From IMG/VR virus record IMGVR_UViG_3300032308_001895, positions 1 through 25,476 of that record: a stretch of DNA of 25,476 nt, one strand, 5' to 3'. Below the pieces are notes generated by a model. It was not told the origin of the DNA, did not search any database, and saw only the letters and a list, made by a program, of their open reading frames with translations. The DNA comes from a virus. Its lineage: Duplodnaviria > Caudoviricetes. Shown piece by piece: positions 16,219 through 24,066 of the stretch (position 1 is the first letter of the stretch; every line of letters begins with the position of its first letter). The position numbers and the translations under genes were made by a program.

Positions 16219-16986
16219 TTAACCGATTACAAAAGTGATGGGCTGGCTGCCGTCGATGTAGTTTTTGAGTTGTTCAATTTGAGCATCCATCTGGACCTGA
16301 GCTTCGGCTTTCATGGCCGACCCATTGAGTGTGCCGCCACCTTGTGGACCAGCTATGGTACCAAACTTCTCTCTTGCTTCGCCAATGATGTACTTGCAAT
16401 TGGCCACCATGTAGTCACGTATCCATTGACTGATTTGGAAATCCTGTAGGAGATTTACTTCGGGTTTGAGATTGTAACACCATAACAACACATTCTCTCC
16501 GGTGCCCTTGGGGTCACGGATCAGTTGCAGTTTCTTTGTGACTGGGTTCCAGGTGTAGTTCATGTAGCCACCAAACATTCTGGCTGCCAATTCCACATAG
16601 CCTGCATAAAAATCATAAGTGGCGAGGCCACCGGCCACGTTGAAGTTCATGAGATACACATTCATACTGGCCTGGCTAAACGGATCAAAGTTTGACGCAA
16701 ATGGTCCTGTGCTGTCACCAAAGGTCCTGCGAAAGATCTGGCGTACCGTGATCACTTCCTGCGGCAAGGTATAGATGTTTACGTCTCTGACCAACTCCAT
16801 GAAAGTATAGCTTTCTTCATAGGCATTTTGTGCCCGCTGGCGATAGGTTCCTATGGTTTTTTGGTAGGCTGCTTCGTAGTGTTCGTCATCTAGTTCAATG
16901 TCAACGATCTGACTGCCCAGTTGTAACTGGACATAATCAATCAGCGTTTGTTTGAGGGTTTGTAGTGTCGATTCTGCTTGTGCCAT
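16219..16986 (-). CDS. gp13: Neck protein (T4 gp13-like head-tail adaptor)
   Basis: LIDYVQLQLGSQIVDIELDDEH, WIRDY...KYIIGEAREKF..IAGPQGGGTLNG..MKAEA. Confidence 0.85.
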   Translation of the reverse strand: MAQAESTLQTLKQTLIDYVQLQLGSQIVDIELDDEHYEAAYQKTIGTYRQRAQNAYEESYTFMELVRDVNIYTLPQEVITVRQIFRRTFGDSTGPFASNFDPFSQASMNVYLMNFNVAGGLATYDFYAGYVELAARMFGGYMNYTWNPVTKKLQLIRDPKGTGENVLLWCYNLKPEVNLLQDFQISQWIRDYMVANCKYIIGEAREKFGTIAGPQGGGTLNGSAMKAEAQVQMDAQIEQLKNYIDGSQPITFVIG

Positions 16987-17013
16987 GGGAACTCCGTGTT
17001 CCCTGTATTTACC
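16987..17013 (-). promoter_or_regulatory. Late promoter GGTAAATA (17006-17013) followed by an RBS-occluding hairpin
   Basis: Minus strand GGTAAATA-CA-GGGAAC-ACGGA-GTTCCC-ATG; the TAA of the box is the upstream stop codon. Confidence 0.65.
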
Positions 17014-18154
17014 AGGCTTTCAGTATGATTAGATTCTCGTTGCCACGCCCGTTGTACTTGGTTTCTGTGGCCTTGATGTCTTTGAACACTTTACGAGCCG
17101 CAGGTTTGCCCCCACTTAGTAGCTCTTTGAGCTGTTCTGCGGGCTTGCGTAGAGTTTTTTGTACAGTTTGCATGGTATCAAAGCCCACAATAGCTGATCC
17201 TTTGACGCTGAACGAACCCAGGTGACTGTCACTCATCACATGGATCAACTTGCGTTTCTTGGTGTCGTACAACCAGGCTTCGCTGGCATTGACCAATTGG
17301 GCTGGTACAACGCTTGTGAGCTTGAGCTCGGCAAAGTCTTTCATGTACTTAAATTTGGATGCGAGTTTTTCTGGGCTGACAGATTTCTTGGCTCTGGGCT
17401 TGCGTTCCACTTTTTTGATCTGTACATAGTTTCCACAGTCAGCTATGACTTGCTCAATGAATTTGATGCACTGCTTGATTTGATTTTTGTTAAGGTGGCT
17501 GTAGCCTTCTACGAGATCAGCATCTTCACCGACCAATACTTCTTCAAATTCTGCCAACTTGATCTTCCAGGTATCGGCAATGGTGCCCACCATGTTGGGA
17601 CTGATGTTCATGCCACGGATCTGTGCAATGGGTTTCCAGTCTGCGCTCATCTTGGCACCGTCCCGGATGAAATCATCAAACATGCCTTCCAGCTCGCCAG
17701 CACATTCACTCACTTTCTCACGCAGATGATCTTGTATTGTGAGTTTTGCTACAGCCACTTCGTTTTCGTCAATGATCTTTTTTATTTCTTGTTTGATTTT
17801 TAGCATTGTGGCGATCTGCTCGTCAATGATACACTGTTCATGCTCATTGAGCGTCAGGCCCATCAAGGTCATCCTGCACACCCAGGCTGGAGTCAAACGA
17901 ATCTGGCTGTCAGGGATACCACGCATGAGCTTGGCGTCTTTGCTTCGATGATTGATGTCCAGGTACTGACACAGCATGTCCTTGGCATCTTTTTTGCCAT
18001 AGTGATAGTTGTACCAGGCAAAGGCCTTGCTGAATGCACTGATGCGATTTTCTTCTGTGGGTTGGAATTTCCAGTCAGGCTCGTGCCCAACATATTTGGT
18101 TTCAGCACCTTTGGGATTCAAAGGCTTGATCGCAGTTGCGGCTCGTGCGTTCAT
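17009..18154 (-). CDS. Conserved hypothetical protein of T4-like phages (381 aa)
   Basis: AGGAG SD and consensus sigma70 promoter; C-terminal VKGSAIVGFD...KTLRKP...NGRGNENLIILKAW recalled from aquatic T4-like phages; function unknown. Confidence 0.8.
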   Translation of the reverse strand: MNARAATAIKPLNPKGAETKYVGHEPDWKFQPTEENRISAFSKAFAWYNYHYGKKDAKDMLCQYLDINHRSKDAKLMRGIPDSQIRLTPAWVCRMTLMGLTLNEHEQCIIDEQIATMLKIKQEIKKIIDENEVAVAKLTIQDHLREKVSECAGELEGMFDDFIRDGAKMSADWKPIAQIRGMNISPNMVGTIADTWKIKLAEFEEVLVGEDADLVEGYSHLNKNQIKQCIKFIEQVIADCGNYVQIKKVERKPRAKKSVSPEKLASKFKYMKDFAELKLTSVVPAQLVNASEAWLYDTKKRKLIHVMSDSHLGSFSVKGSAIVGFDTMQTVQKTLRKPAEQLKELLSGGKPAARKVFKDIKATETKYNGRGNENLIILKAW

Positions 18155-18178
18155 GGGCTCTCCTAAGTGTAAAGTATT

Positions 18179-18207
18179 ATTATAGCATGTGGGCCATTTT
18201 TGGTCAA
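18179..18207 (-). promoter_or_regulatory. Near-consensus sigma70 promoter
   Basis: TTGACC-N17-TATAAT with extended -10 TG. Confidence 0.85.
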
Positions 18208-18458
18208 CCGTTTAGCAAGGCCGCAAATGTTAGGTGTTGCTCTAGATTGGTAATTAGATCCGTGGCATTTTGCACCAATTCCTTGTGGCGTGCGGTTTCT
18301 CGATGCAACCTACGGCATTCCACACTTTCCATGTCTGCGGCCACCATGGCTGCATCTACAGTTTTGACCATTTTTAACAAGTCCTTGCGAGCAACTTTGT
18401 TTTTGATTGTGGCTATTTGGCGTTCTGCCCGATCTAATCGTTGATACAACTCATCCAT
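18204..18458 (-). CDS. Small helical hypothetical protein (84 aa), probably early
   Basis: Start reassigned to ATG 18458 (MDELYQRLDRAERQ), 7 nt after TATAAT; avoids overlap with the divergent gp14 gene. Confidence 0.75.
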   Translation of the reverse strand: MDELYQRLDRAERQIATIKNKVARKDLLKMVKTVDAAMVAADMESVECRRLHRETARHKELVQNATDLITNLEQHLTFAALLNG

Positions 18459-18465
18459 GCAAGTA

Positions 18466-18494
18466 ATTATACTGGCTTTGTAGTTGTTGGTCAA
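18466..18494 (-). promoter_or_regulatory. Near-consensus sigma70 promoter
   Basis: TTGACC-N17-TATAAT. Confidence 0.8.
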
Positions 18495-18501
18495 ATCGGC
18501 C

Positions 18502-18509
18502 CATAAATA
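18502..18509 (+). promoter_or_regulatory. T4-like late promoter (CATAAATA) for gp14-gp15-Nudix
   Basis: 7 nt upstream of ATG 18517; back-to-back with the sigma70 promoter. Confidence 0.7.
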
Positions 18510-18516
18510 TACTACT

Positions 18517-19863
18517 ATGCCACGCCTGAGTCTATACCGTCCCAATCGTACCAGCGATTATCAATACATTGATCGCAATATCAGTGAGATGTACACCGTG
18601 GGTGGCCTTGACATTTATGTACACAAATATCTGGGTCCAAAAACTGGTGATCCCGGCGATGCCGACATAACCATACCGGTTCGTGAAGAACTGAATCCCC
18701 TGTTCATCGAAGATCTGTTGTTGTTGGAAAACCGTGACAGAGCCTACGATCCCAACATCTATGTCATGCGTGGTGTGTACCGTGTGCAAGACATTGATTT
18801 TGATCTCACGCAATTTGGTCTGTTCTTGAACAACGATACCTTGTTTATTACATTTCACTACAACGATATGATTGATACGTTTGGTCGCAAACTCATGAGT
18901 GGTGATGTGTTAGAGTTTCCCAACTTAAAAGATTATAATCCTTTAAATTCCAGCATACCCCTGCCCTTGCCCAGATACTACGTGATACAGGATGCGGCGT
19001 TTGCCAGTGAAGGATTCAGTCAAACCTGGTTGCCGCACTTGTGGCGTGTGAAAGCCACACCTTTGGTCAACGCACAAGAGTACCAGGACATAATGAAACA
19101 GCCGTTTGTGACCAACAACATCTGGGATCCGGGCAATTTTTATCCCAATGGTACCCGGGTCAACTACGGAGATGTTTACTATCAGGCCAACGGCAATGTG
19201 CCAGCCGGTACTGCCATTGATGCTGTAAATCCCAGCACCGGTCAACCTTACTGGACCTTGATCACCAATCCCAACACCGTGGGTGATAGTGCCAGCACTC
19301 GCAACAAAGATCTAGCACTGAATGATGCCATATTGGCTCAGGCCGAAATTGAACTACCACTCAGTGGATATGACATAACCAAATTTTATATTTTGCCAAC
19401 TTTCCCTGATGGCCAACCAGCTGCCACTGTCACCGGAGTCAACACAAACAGTACCACAGTGAGTACTGCCAGTACTCAAGCCGGGCTAGAGACCACACCC
19501 AGAAGTTTTGGTTACACCATGGGCTATCTCAGCAACAGCGTGGATCCCACCACGGGTCGCATACTACCACCCAATGGCTTGCCGGTGACACCAGGGGTAA
19601 GTTTCCCACCAAATCCGGTAGTAGGCGATTATGCCCTGCGCCTGGACTATTTCCCCAATCGATTGTTTCGTTACGATGGTGCTAGATGGGTCAAGATTGA
19701 AGATGCTGTGCGCACCGGATTAGATTTTGAAGCCGATGCCAAGACCCAGCGTGCCAGCTTTGTCAACAATACCGATCAGGTATTGACCAATGATCGTGGT
19801 TTGATTCCAAGTCGCCAGAGCTTGAGTGAAATACTCAAACCACAAGCCGACAACGGAGGATAA
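18517..19863 (+). CDS. gp14: Neck/head-closure protein (T4 gp14-like) with C-terminal extensions (448 aa)
   Basis: Start reassigned to ATG 18517 (MPRLSLYRP). GLDIYVHKYLG, IEDLLLLENRDRAYD, LTQFGLFL..DTLFITFH, RKLMSGDVLEFP; precedes the gp15-like gene. Confidence 0.75.
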   Translation: MPRLSLYRPNRTSDYQYIDRNISEMYTVGGLDIYVHKYLGPKTGDPGDADITIPVREELNPLFIEDLLLLENRDRAYDPNIYVMRGVYRVQDIDFDLTQFGLFLNNDTLFITFHYNDMIDTFGRKLMSGDVLEFPNLKDYNPLNSSIPLPLPRYYVIQDAAFASEGFSQTWLPHLWRVKATPLVNAQEYQDIMKQPFVTNNIWDPGNFYPNGTRVNYGDVYYQANGNVPAGTAIDAVNPSTGQPYWTLITNPNTVGDSASTRNKDLALNDAILAQAEIELPLSGYDITKFYILPTFPDGQPAATVTGVNTNSTTVSTASTQAGLETTPRSFGYTMGYLSNSVDPTTGRILPPNGLPVTPGVSFPPNPVVGDYALRLDYFPNRLFRYDGARWVKIEDAVRTGLDFEADAKTQRASFVNNTDQVLTNDRGLIPSRQSLSEILKPQADNGG

Positions 19864-19865
19864 AC

Positions 19866-21272
19866 ATGCCAGCACTGACTCCTATATTTTTTTACGACGA
19901 ACAGATACGCAGATTCCTATTGCAGTTTGCTAGGATTTTTTCAAACTTCCAAGTAGAGTATGGTCGCAACGAAGAAGGCACTGACCACACATTGGTTCGT
20001 GTACCAGTACGGTATGGCGATGCCACCCGACAAGCACAGACCATCCTGCAAGAAAATTCAGCGTCAGGCATGCCAGCTACACCCTTGATGACTTTTTATA
20101 TTTCTGGTCTTGACTATGACCGTCCTAGAATGCAGGAACCTTACTTTGTCAGCAAGATCAATGTGCGTCAAAGAACCTACGACGAAGCCACCAACAGCTA
20201 CGAAACCACGCAAGGTAATGCATTTACTATTGAACGTTTGATGCCCGTGCCTTACAAGCTCACATTAAAATTGGATATCTGGACCAGCAACACCAATCAA
20301 AAAATGCAGATACTTGAACAGATGTTGGTGTTGTTCAATCCCAGCCTGGAAATACAAAGCACCGACAACTACATTGATTGGACCAGCCTCAGCATTGTGG
20401 AATTAGAAAGCACACAGTGGACCAGTCGTGTCATACCTCAGGGCACAGAAAATCCCATTGATATTGCCACTCTAACATTTGCCTTGCCCATTTGGATTTC
20501 AAGTCCAGCCAAGGTCAAGAAACTGGGTGTGGTCGAACGCATTATTGCTCAGATATTTGATGCCCAAGGAGACGCTTCAAATGCAGTGTTGAACAATGAT
20601 TTATTGCTGGGCACTCGTCAAGTGATAACACCTTACAGTTATCAAGTGTTGTTGATTGGAAACAGGTTGCAGGCATTGAAACAATCTGAAGTCGTTCAAC
20701 CACCCAATACTAGTCTGGCGCCACCCGACAGCCCCGACAGTGATCTAATGTGGCAGGCCATTGTGGGCATGTATGGTGTGCTAAGGCCCGGTATTAGCTA
20801 TGTGAGATTAGCACAAGAAGACGACACCGAAGTCATAGGCACTGTTGCCTATGACCCCACTGACAATAGATTTTTGTTGTTTAACGTGGATCCAGATACC
20901 TTGCCAGCAAACACCCTGGCACCAGTCAATGCTGTGATCAATCCTTTGCTCAGTGGGCCCAACGCAGGACTGGCACCACCTGCACAGGGACAACGATACT
21001 TGCTGACCGAAGATACCGGATCAAATGAATCAACTACATCTCCAGTGGCTTGGCAAGGTCAAAACAATCAACCATTGGTGGCCAAGGCCAACGACATCAT
21101 TGAATACACAGGAACTCATTGGGCAGTCAGCTTTGCCAGCAACAGTAGTCCCAACAACATACAATACGTAACCAACCTAACCACAAGCATTCAATACAAG
21201 TGGATCGCTAATGCCTGGGTCAAGAGTTATCAAGGTCTATATCCGGGAGGACAATGGAGCCTAGTTCTGTAA
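19866..21272 (+). CDS. gp15: Tail sheath stabilizer/terminator (T4 gp15-like) with C-terminal extension
   Basis: FFYDEQIRRFLLQFARIFSNF, VRVPVRYG, GLDYDRPR, MPVPYKL...QILEQMLVLFNP; GGAGGA SD. Confidence 0.85.
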   Translation: MPALTPIFFYDEQIRRFLLQFARIFSNFQVEYGRNEEGTDHTLVRVPVRYGDATRQAQTILQENSASGMPATPLMTFYISGLDYDRPRMQEPYFVSKINVRQRTYDEATNSYETTQGNAFTIERLMPVPYKLTLKLDIWTSNTNQKMQILEQMLVLFNPSLEIQSTDNYIDWTSLSIVELESTQWTSRVIPQGTENPIDIATLTFALPIWISSPAKVKKLGVVERIIAQIFDAQGDASNAVLNNDLLLGTRQVITPYSYQVLLIGNRLQALKQSEVVQPPNTSLAPPDSPDSDLMWQAIVGMYGVLRPGISYVRLAQEDDTEVIGTVAYDPTDNRFLLFNVDPDTLPANTLAPVNAVINPLLSGPNAGLAPPAQGQRYLLTEDTGSNESTTSPVAWQGQNNQPLVAKANDIIEYTGTHWAVSFASNSSPNNIQYVTNLTTSIQYKWIANAWVKSYQGLYPGGQWSLVL

Positions 21273-21691
21273 ATGCAGTAGGTGTTTGGTTTTATGCTGT
21301 GGCCACTGGCAGATACTTGTATCTCATGCGCAATGATCCAAAACATCCAGATACCTGGGGCCTGCCCGGCGGAAGGATTGAGCCTGGAGAAACATTGATT
21401 CAAGCTATCAAACGAGAGTGTTGCGAAGAACTAGGATCAATGCCTGAATATCTGCGTCTAGTGCCGTTGGAAAAGTTTACCACCAACGATCACGGTTTTG
21501 CATACCATACATTTTTTTGCAGCGTTGCTTCGGAATTTATACCTGTTCTCAATCACGAACATCAGGGCTATGCCTGGATTGCTTCAGGAGTATGGCCAAA
21601 ACCCATGCATCCTGGCCTGTGGAGCACTGTTAACTTTGATGCTGTTCAAACCAAAATAGCCGTGGTAGAACAACAAATCCAAACAGGTTAG
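21254..21691 (+). CDS. Nudix hydrolase
   Basis: Nudix box [23 protein letters not shown], plus [10 protein letters not shown] and HPGL. Confidence 0.9.
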   Translation: MEPSSVNAVGVWFYAVATGRYLYLMRNDPKHPDTWGLPGGRIEPGETLIQAIKRECCEELGSMPEYLRLVPLEKFTTNDHGFAYHTFFCSVASEFIPVLNHEHQGYAWIASGVWPKPMHPGLWSTVNFDAVQTKIAVVEQQIQTG

Positions 21692-23550
21692 GTCTTGCCT
21701 ACTACCACAGTGATTGTGCCAACTGTGTCAGAATCATAGTCTTCAAGAGCTTTGCCCAACACACAACCCGGTTGATAATTTGTCAGATCTAAAACAGTAG
21801 CCACGCCGGGCATATCACTGGACACCAGCAGATCACCTTTGTGTATGGTACCAACCACTTGACAAGGCACACGACCAGTCAAGGCTATGGCCACCACATG
21901 TTCACCTTCTAATCCTGTGTTCATTTCGTAAGCAGGTGCGGTAGAAACTGCGCCAGCCACTCGCGTAGAATGCGAATGTTGACTTATGGTCACTTCTTTG
22001 GCGCCGCCAAACTCCATCACAGTGCCTGGATCGTAGGTCTGATCTGACAGATATCTTTCTGCCAAGTCAGCGTATCTGGCCGAACTGGCTGTGCCAGCAA
22101 AAATTGCCGATGTCAGCGTGCCGCTGCCCGGAACGTAAGTAAGTCCACTGACAGCATTTGCTGCATTGTCGTCGACCAACGGAGCTACTGCTACTCCAGC
22201 AACTGATAAAAACACAGGATAGAATGTAGATAAACTAGTAGATTGAGATGTGGCATTGATTGCCGTGTTAGGACCTGTGGGTCCTTGTGGTCCTTGTGGT
22301 CCGGTGGCACCAATGGGTCCTTGTGGGCCCTGTGGCCCAGTGGCGCCTGTGGCTCCTGGACCGGTGGCTCCTTGCGGTCCCTGTGGGCCCTGTGGCCCAC
22401 GTGGTCCTTGTGGTCCGGTTGCTCCAGTGCTACCTTCTGGTCCCTGTGGGCCGGTAAATCCCTGTGGGCCTTGTGGGCCCGTGGCGCCTGTGGCACCAAT
22501 TGGACCGCCCGATGGTCCTGTGGAACCAATTGGTCCTTGTGGTCCTTGTGGTCCCGAGGGCCCAGATGCACCAGTGGCTCCGATTGGGCCACCCGAGGGC
22601 CCAGTGCTACCAGTAAATCCAGTGGCTCCTTCTGGTCCTTGTGGTCCTGTGGGTCCCTGTGGTCCGCGTGGTCCTTGTGGTCCTGTAAGTCCGAATGGCC
22701 CTTGTGGTCCTTGTGGTCCCTGTGGTCCAGTGGCGCCAGTGGCGCCTTGTCCGGTTGCTCCTAAAAATCCTGTGGCACCAACTGGTCCTTGAGGACCCTG
22801 TGGTCCTTGTGGTCCTGTAGCACCCGTGGCACCAATGGGTCCTTGTGGCCCGCGTGGTCCCTGTGGGCCAGTGGGCCCTTGTGGTCCGGTGGCACCTTCG
22901 GGTCCTTGTGGTCCAGTGGGTCCTTGCGGTCCAGTTGCACCTTCAGGTCCTTGTGGTCCAGTGGGCCCTTGCGGTCCCTGTGGGCCCTGTGGCCCTGTGG
23001 CGCCCGTTGCACCAATGGGTCCTTGTGGTCCCTGTGGACCCTGTGGTCCTCTAATCTGTCCTACATTGTTCCAAAGTACACCATCATACACCCATAAATC
23101 GCCAGTGGTTGCATCGATAACACCATTACCGGCCACAGCACCTGGAAATGCTGCGTTTAAAGTTGTTTGTGGGTTTCCTGGAGGAACAACGTTTACATTA
23201 GGCACACTGCCAAGAATAATAATTGCTGCTCCTTGTGGTCCTTGTGGTCCTTGTGGTCCTTGTGGACCAGTAGCGCCTGTGGCACCGTTAGGTCCTTGTG
23301 GTCCTTGTGGTCCAGTTGCGCCTGTAGCACCTATTGGTCCTTGTGGTCCTTGTGGTCCTTGTGGTCCAGTTGCGCCTGCGTTTGGTATCCAGTTTCTAGT
23401 GCCGTCTGTTTGTGATGCCAGAATATATCCATTGGCTGCGGGCACGCCCAAGTTTGGTTCAGAGATACTGGTTTCAGTCCAATCATATCGATCGGCCGGA
23501 ACTTCTGTGGGCGGAGTAGTCGCGACGCGACCGGAAAGTAAGCGTGCCAT
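21688..23550 (-). CDS. Collagen-like fibre protein with C-terminal peptidase G2-like intramolecular chaperone domain
   Basis: Two Gly-X-Y tracts ([12 protein letters not shown]); C-terminal YADLAERY...GAVSTAP...[11 protein letters not shown]...KGDLLVSS...GKALE. Confidence 0.85.
   Translation of the reverse strand: MARLLSGRVATTPPTEVPADRYDWTETSISEPNLGVPAANGYILASQTDGTRNWIPNAGATGPQGPQGPQGPIGATGATGPQGPQGPNGATGATGPQGPQGPQGPQGAAIIILGSVPNVNVVPPGNPQTTLNAAFPGAVAGNGVIDATTGDLWVYDGVLWNNVGQIRGPQGPQGPQGPIGATGATGPQGPQGPQGPTGPQGPEGATGPQGPTGPQGPEGATGPQGPTGPQGPRGPQGPIGATGATGPQGPQGPQGPVGATGFLGATGQGATGATGPQGPQGPQGPFGLTGPQGPRGPQGPTGPQGPEGATGFTGSTGPSGGPIGATGASGPSGPQGPQGPIGSTGPSGGPIGATGATGPQGPQGFTGPQGPEGSTGATGPQGPRGPQGPQGPQGATGPGATGATGPQGPQGPIGATGPQGPQGPTGPNTAINATSQSTSLSTFYPVFLSVAGVAVAPLVDDNAANAVSGLTYVPGSGTLTSAIFAGTASSARYADLAERYLSDQTYDPGTVMEFGGAKEVTISQHSHSTRVAGAVSTAPAYEMNTGLEGEHVVAIALTGRVPCQVVGTIHKGDLLVSSDMPGVATVLDLTNYQPGCVLGKALEDYDSDTVGTITVVVGKT
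22267..23049 (-). repeat. Collagen Gly-X-Y coding repeat, long tract (~260 aa, a few register breaks)
   Basis: 9-nt periodic ggtccttgt-type units on the + strand. Confidence 0.9.
23224..23376 (-). repeat. Collagen Gly-X-Y coding repeat, short tract (17 triplets)
   Basis: Near-perfect tandem ggtccttgt units. Confidence 0.9.
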
Positions 23551-24053
23551 TATGGTGTGGGTATGATTGTAACGTTTCCAAGATTTTGACTGGCCGGTGA
23601 CAAGTCACCCGATATCACCACGTCAAACACGTTGGCAGTGCTGGCGCTGACCTGTAGTTGGTCTCCATTGACACTGTTGGCATCAAATTTGAGCAGGCTT
23701 CTACCGTTGAGGGGAACATAGGCGGTGTCATAGGCCGGAACCACCACAGTGCCAAGACTGATGGTGGTGTTGCCACCCTCCAGCAGTATCTGCACATCCA
23801 GGGTTTCGTCTGATGCAGTTTTGTTGGTGACCGACAGTGGTGTGAGGAAAAATATCTGTCCTGGCAAAATAGCCCGTGTAGGATCGCTGGGATCTCTTAC
23901 TTCGTATTGGTTAGAAGGATCTGGCACACTATAATCCGGTGCATCTGCTCCAGTAAGACCCCCATCTAGTGTGGTCATTGTGACCGGAACATCTACCAAA
24001 TATAGTGTTTCAGGCAATCCTGTGGACGGTGTACGACAAACAATTCTTGACAT
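23550..24053 (-). CDS. Hypothetical beta-rich protein (167 aa), probably fibre-associated structural
   Basis: GGAG SD; TAATG coupling to the collagen gene; lies between two fibre-like genes. Confidence 0.75.
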   Translation of the reverse strand: MSRIVCRTPSTGLPETLYLVDVPVTMTTLDGGLTGADAPDYSVPDPSNQYEVRDPSDPTRAILPGQIFFLTPLSVTNKTASDETLDVQILLEGGNTTISLGTVVVPAYDTAYVPLNGRSLLKFDANSVNGDQLQVSASTANVFDVVISGDLSPASQNLGNVTIIPTP

Positions 24054-24066
24054 CTATTGCTCCATG

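Noticed and set aside
18459-18545. ORF-track starts at 18484 (+) and 18545 (-); likewise 3777 and 14666
   Set aside because: These extensions run through promoter boxes or overlap neighbouring genes; downstream ATGs fit promoter positions better.
21240-21281. Programmed -1 frameshift fusing gp15 to the Nudix domain
   Set aside because: No X XXY YYZ slippery heptamer seen in the overlap, and the Nudix ORF has its own SD and ATG.
22191-23566. GPCGPC- and SLW-repeat ORFs in alternative frames, and a CRISPR-like look of the DNA repeats
   Set aside because: By-products of 9-nt collagen codon periodicity; there are no unique spacers of constant length and no cas genes.
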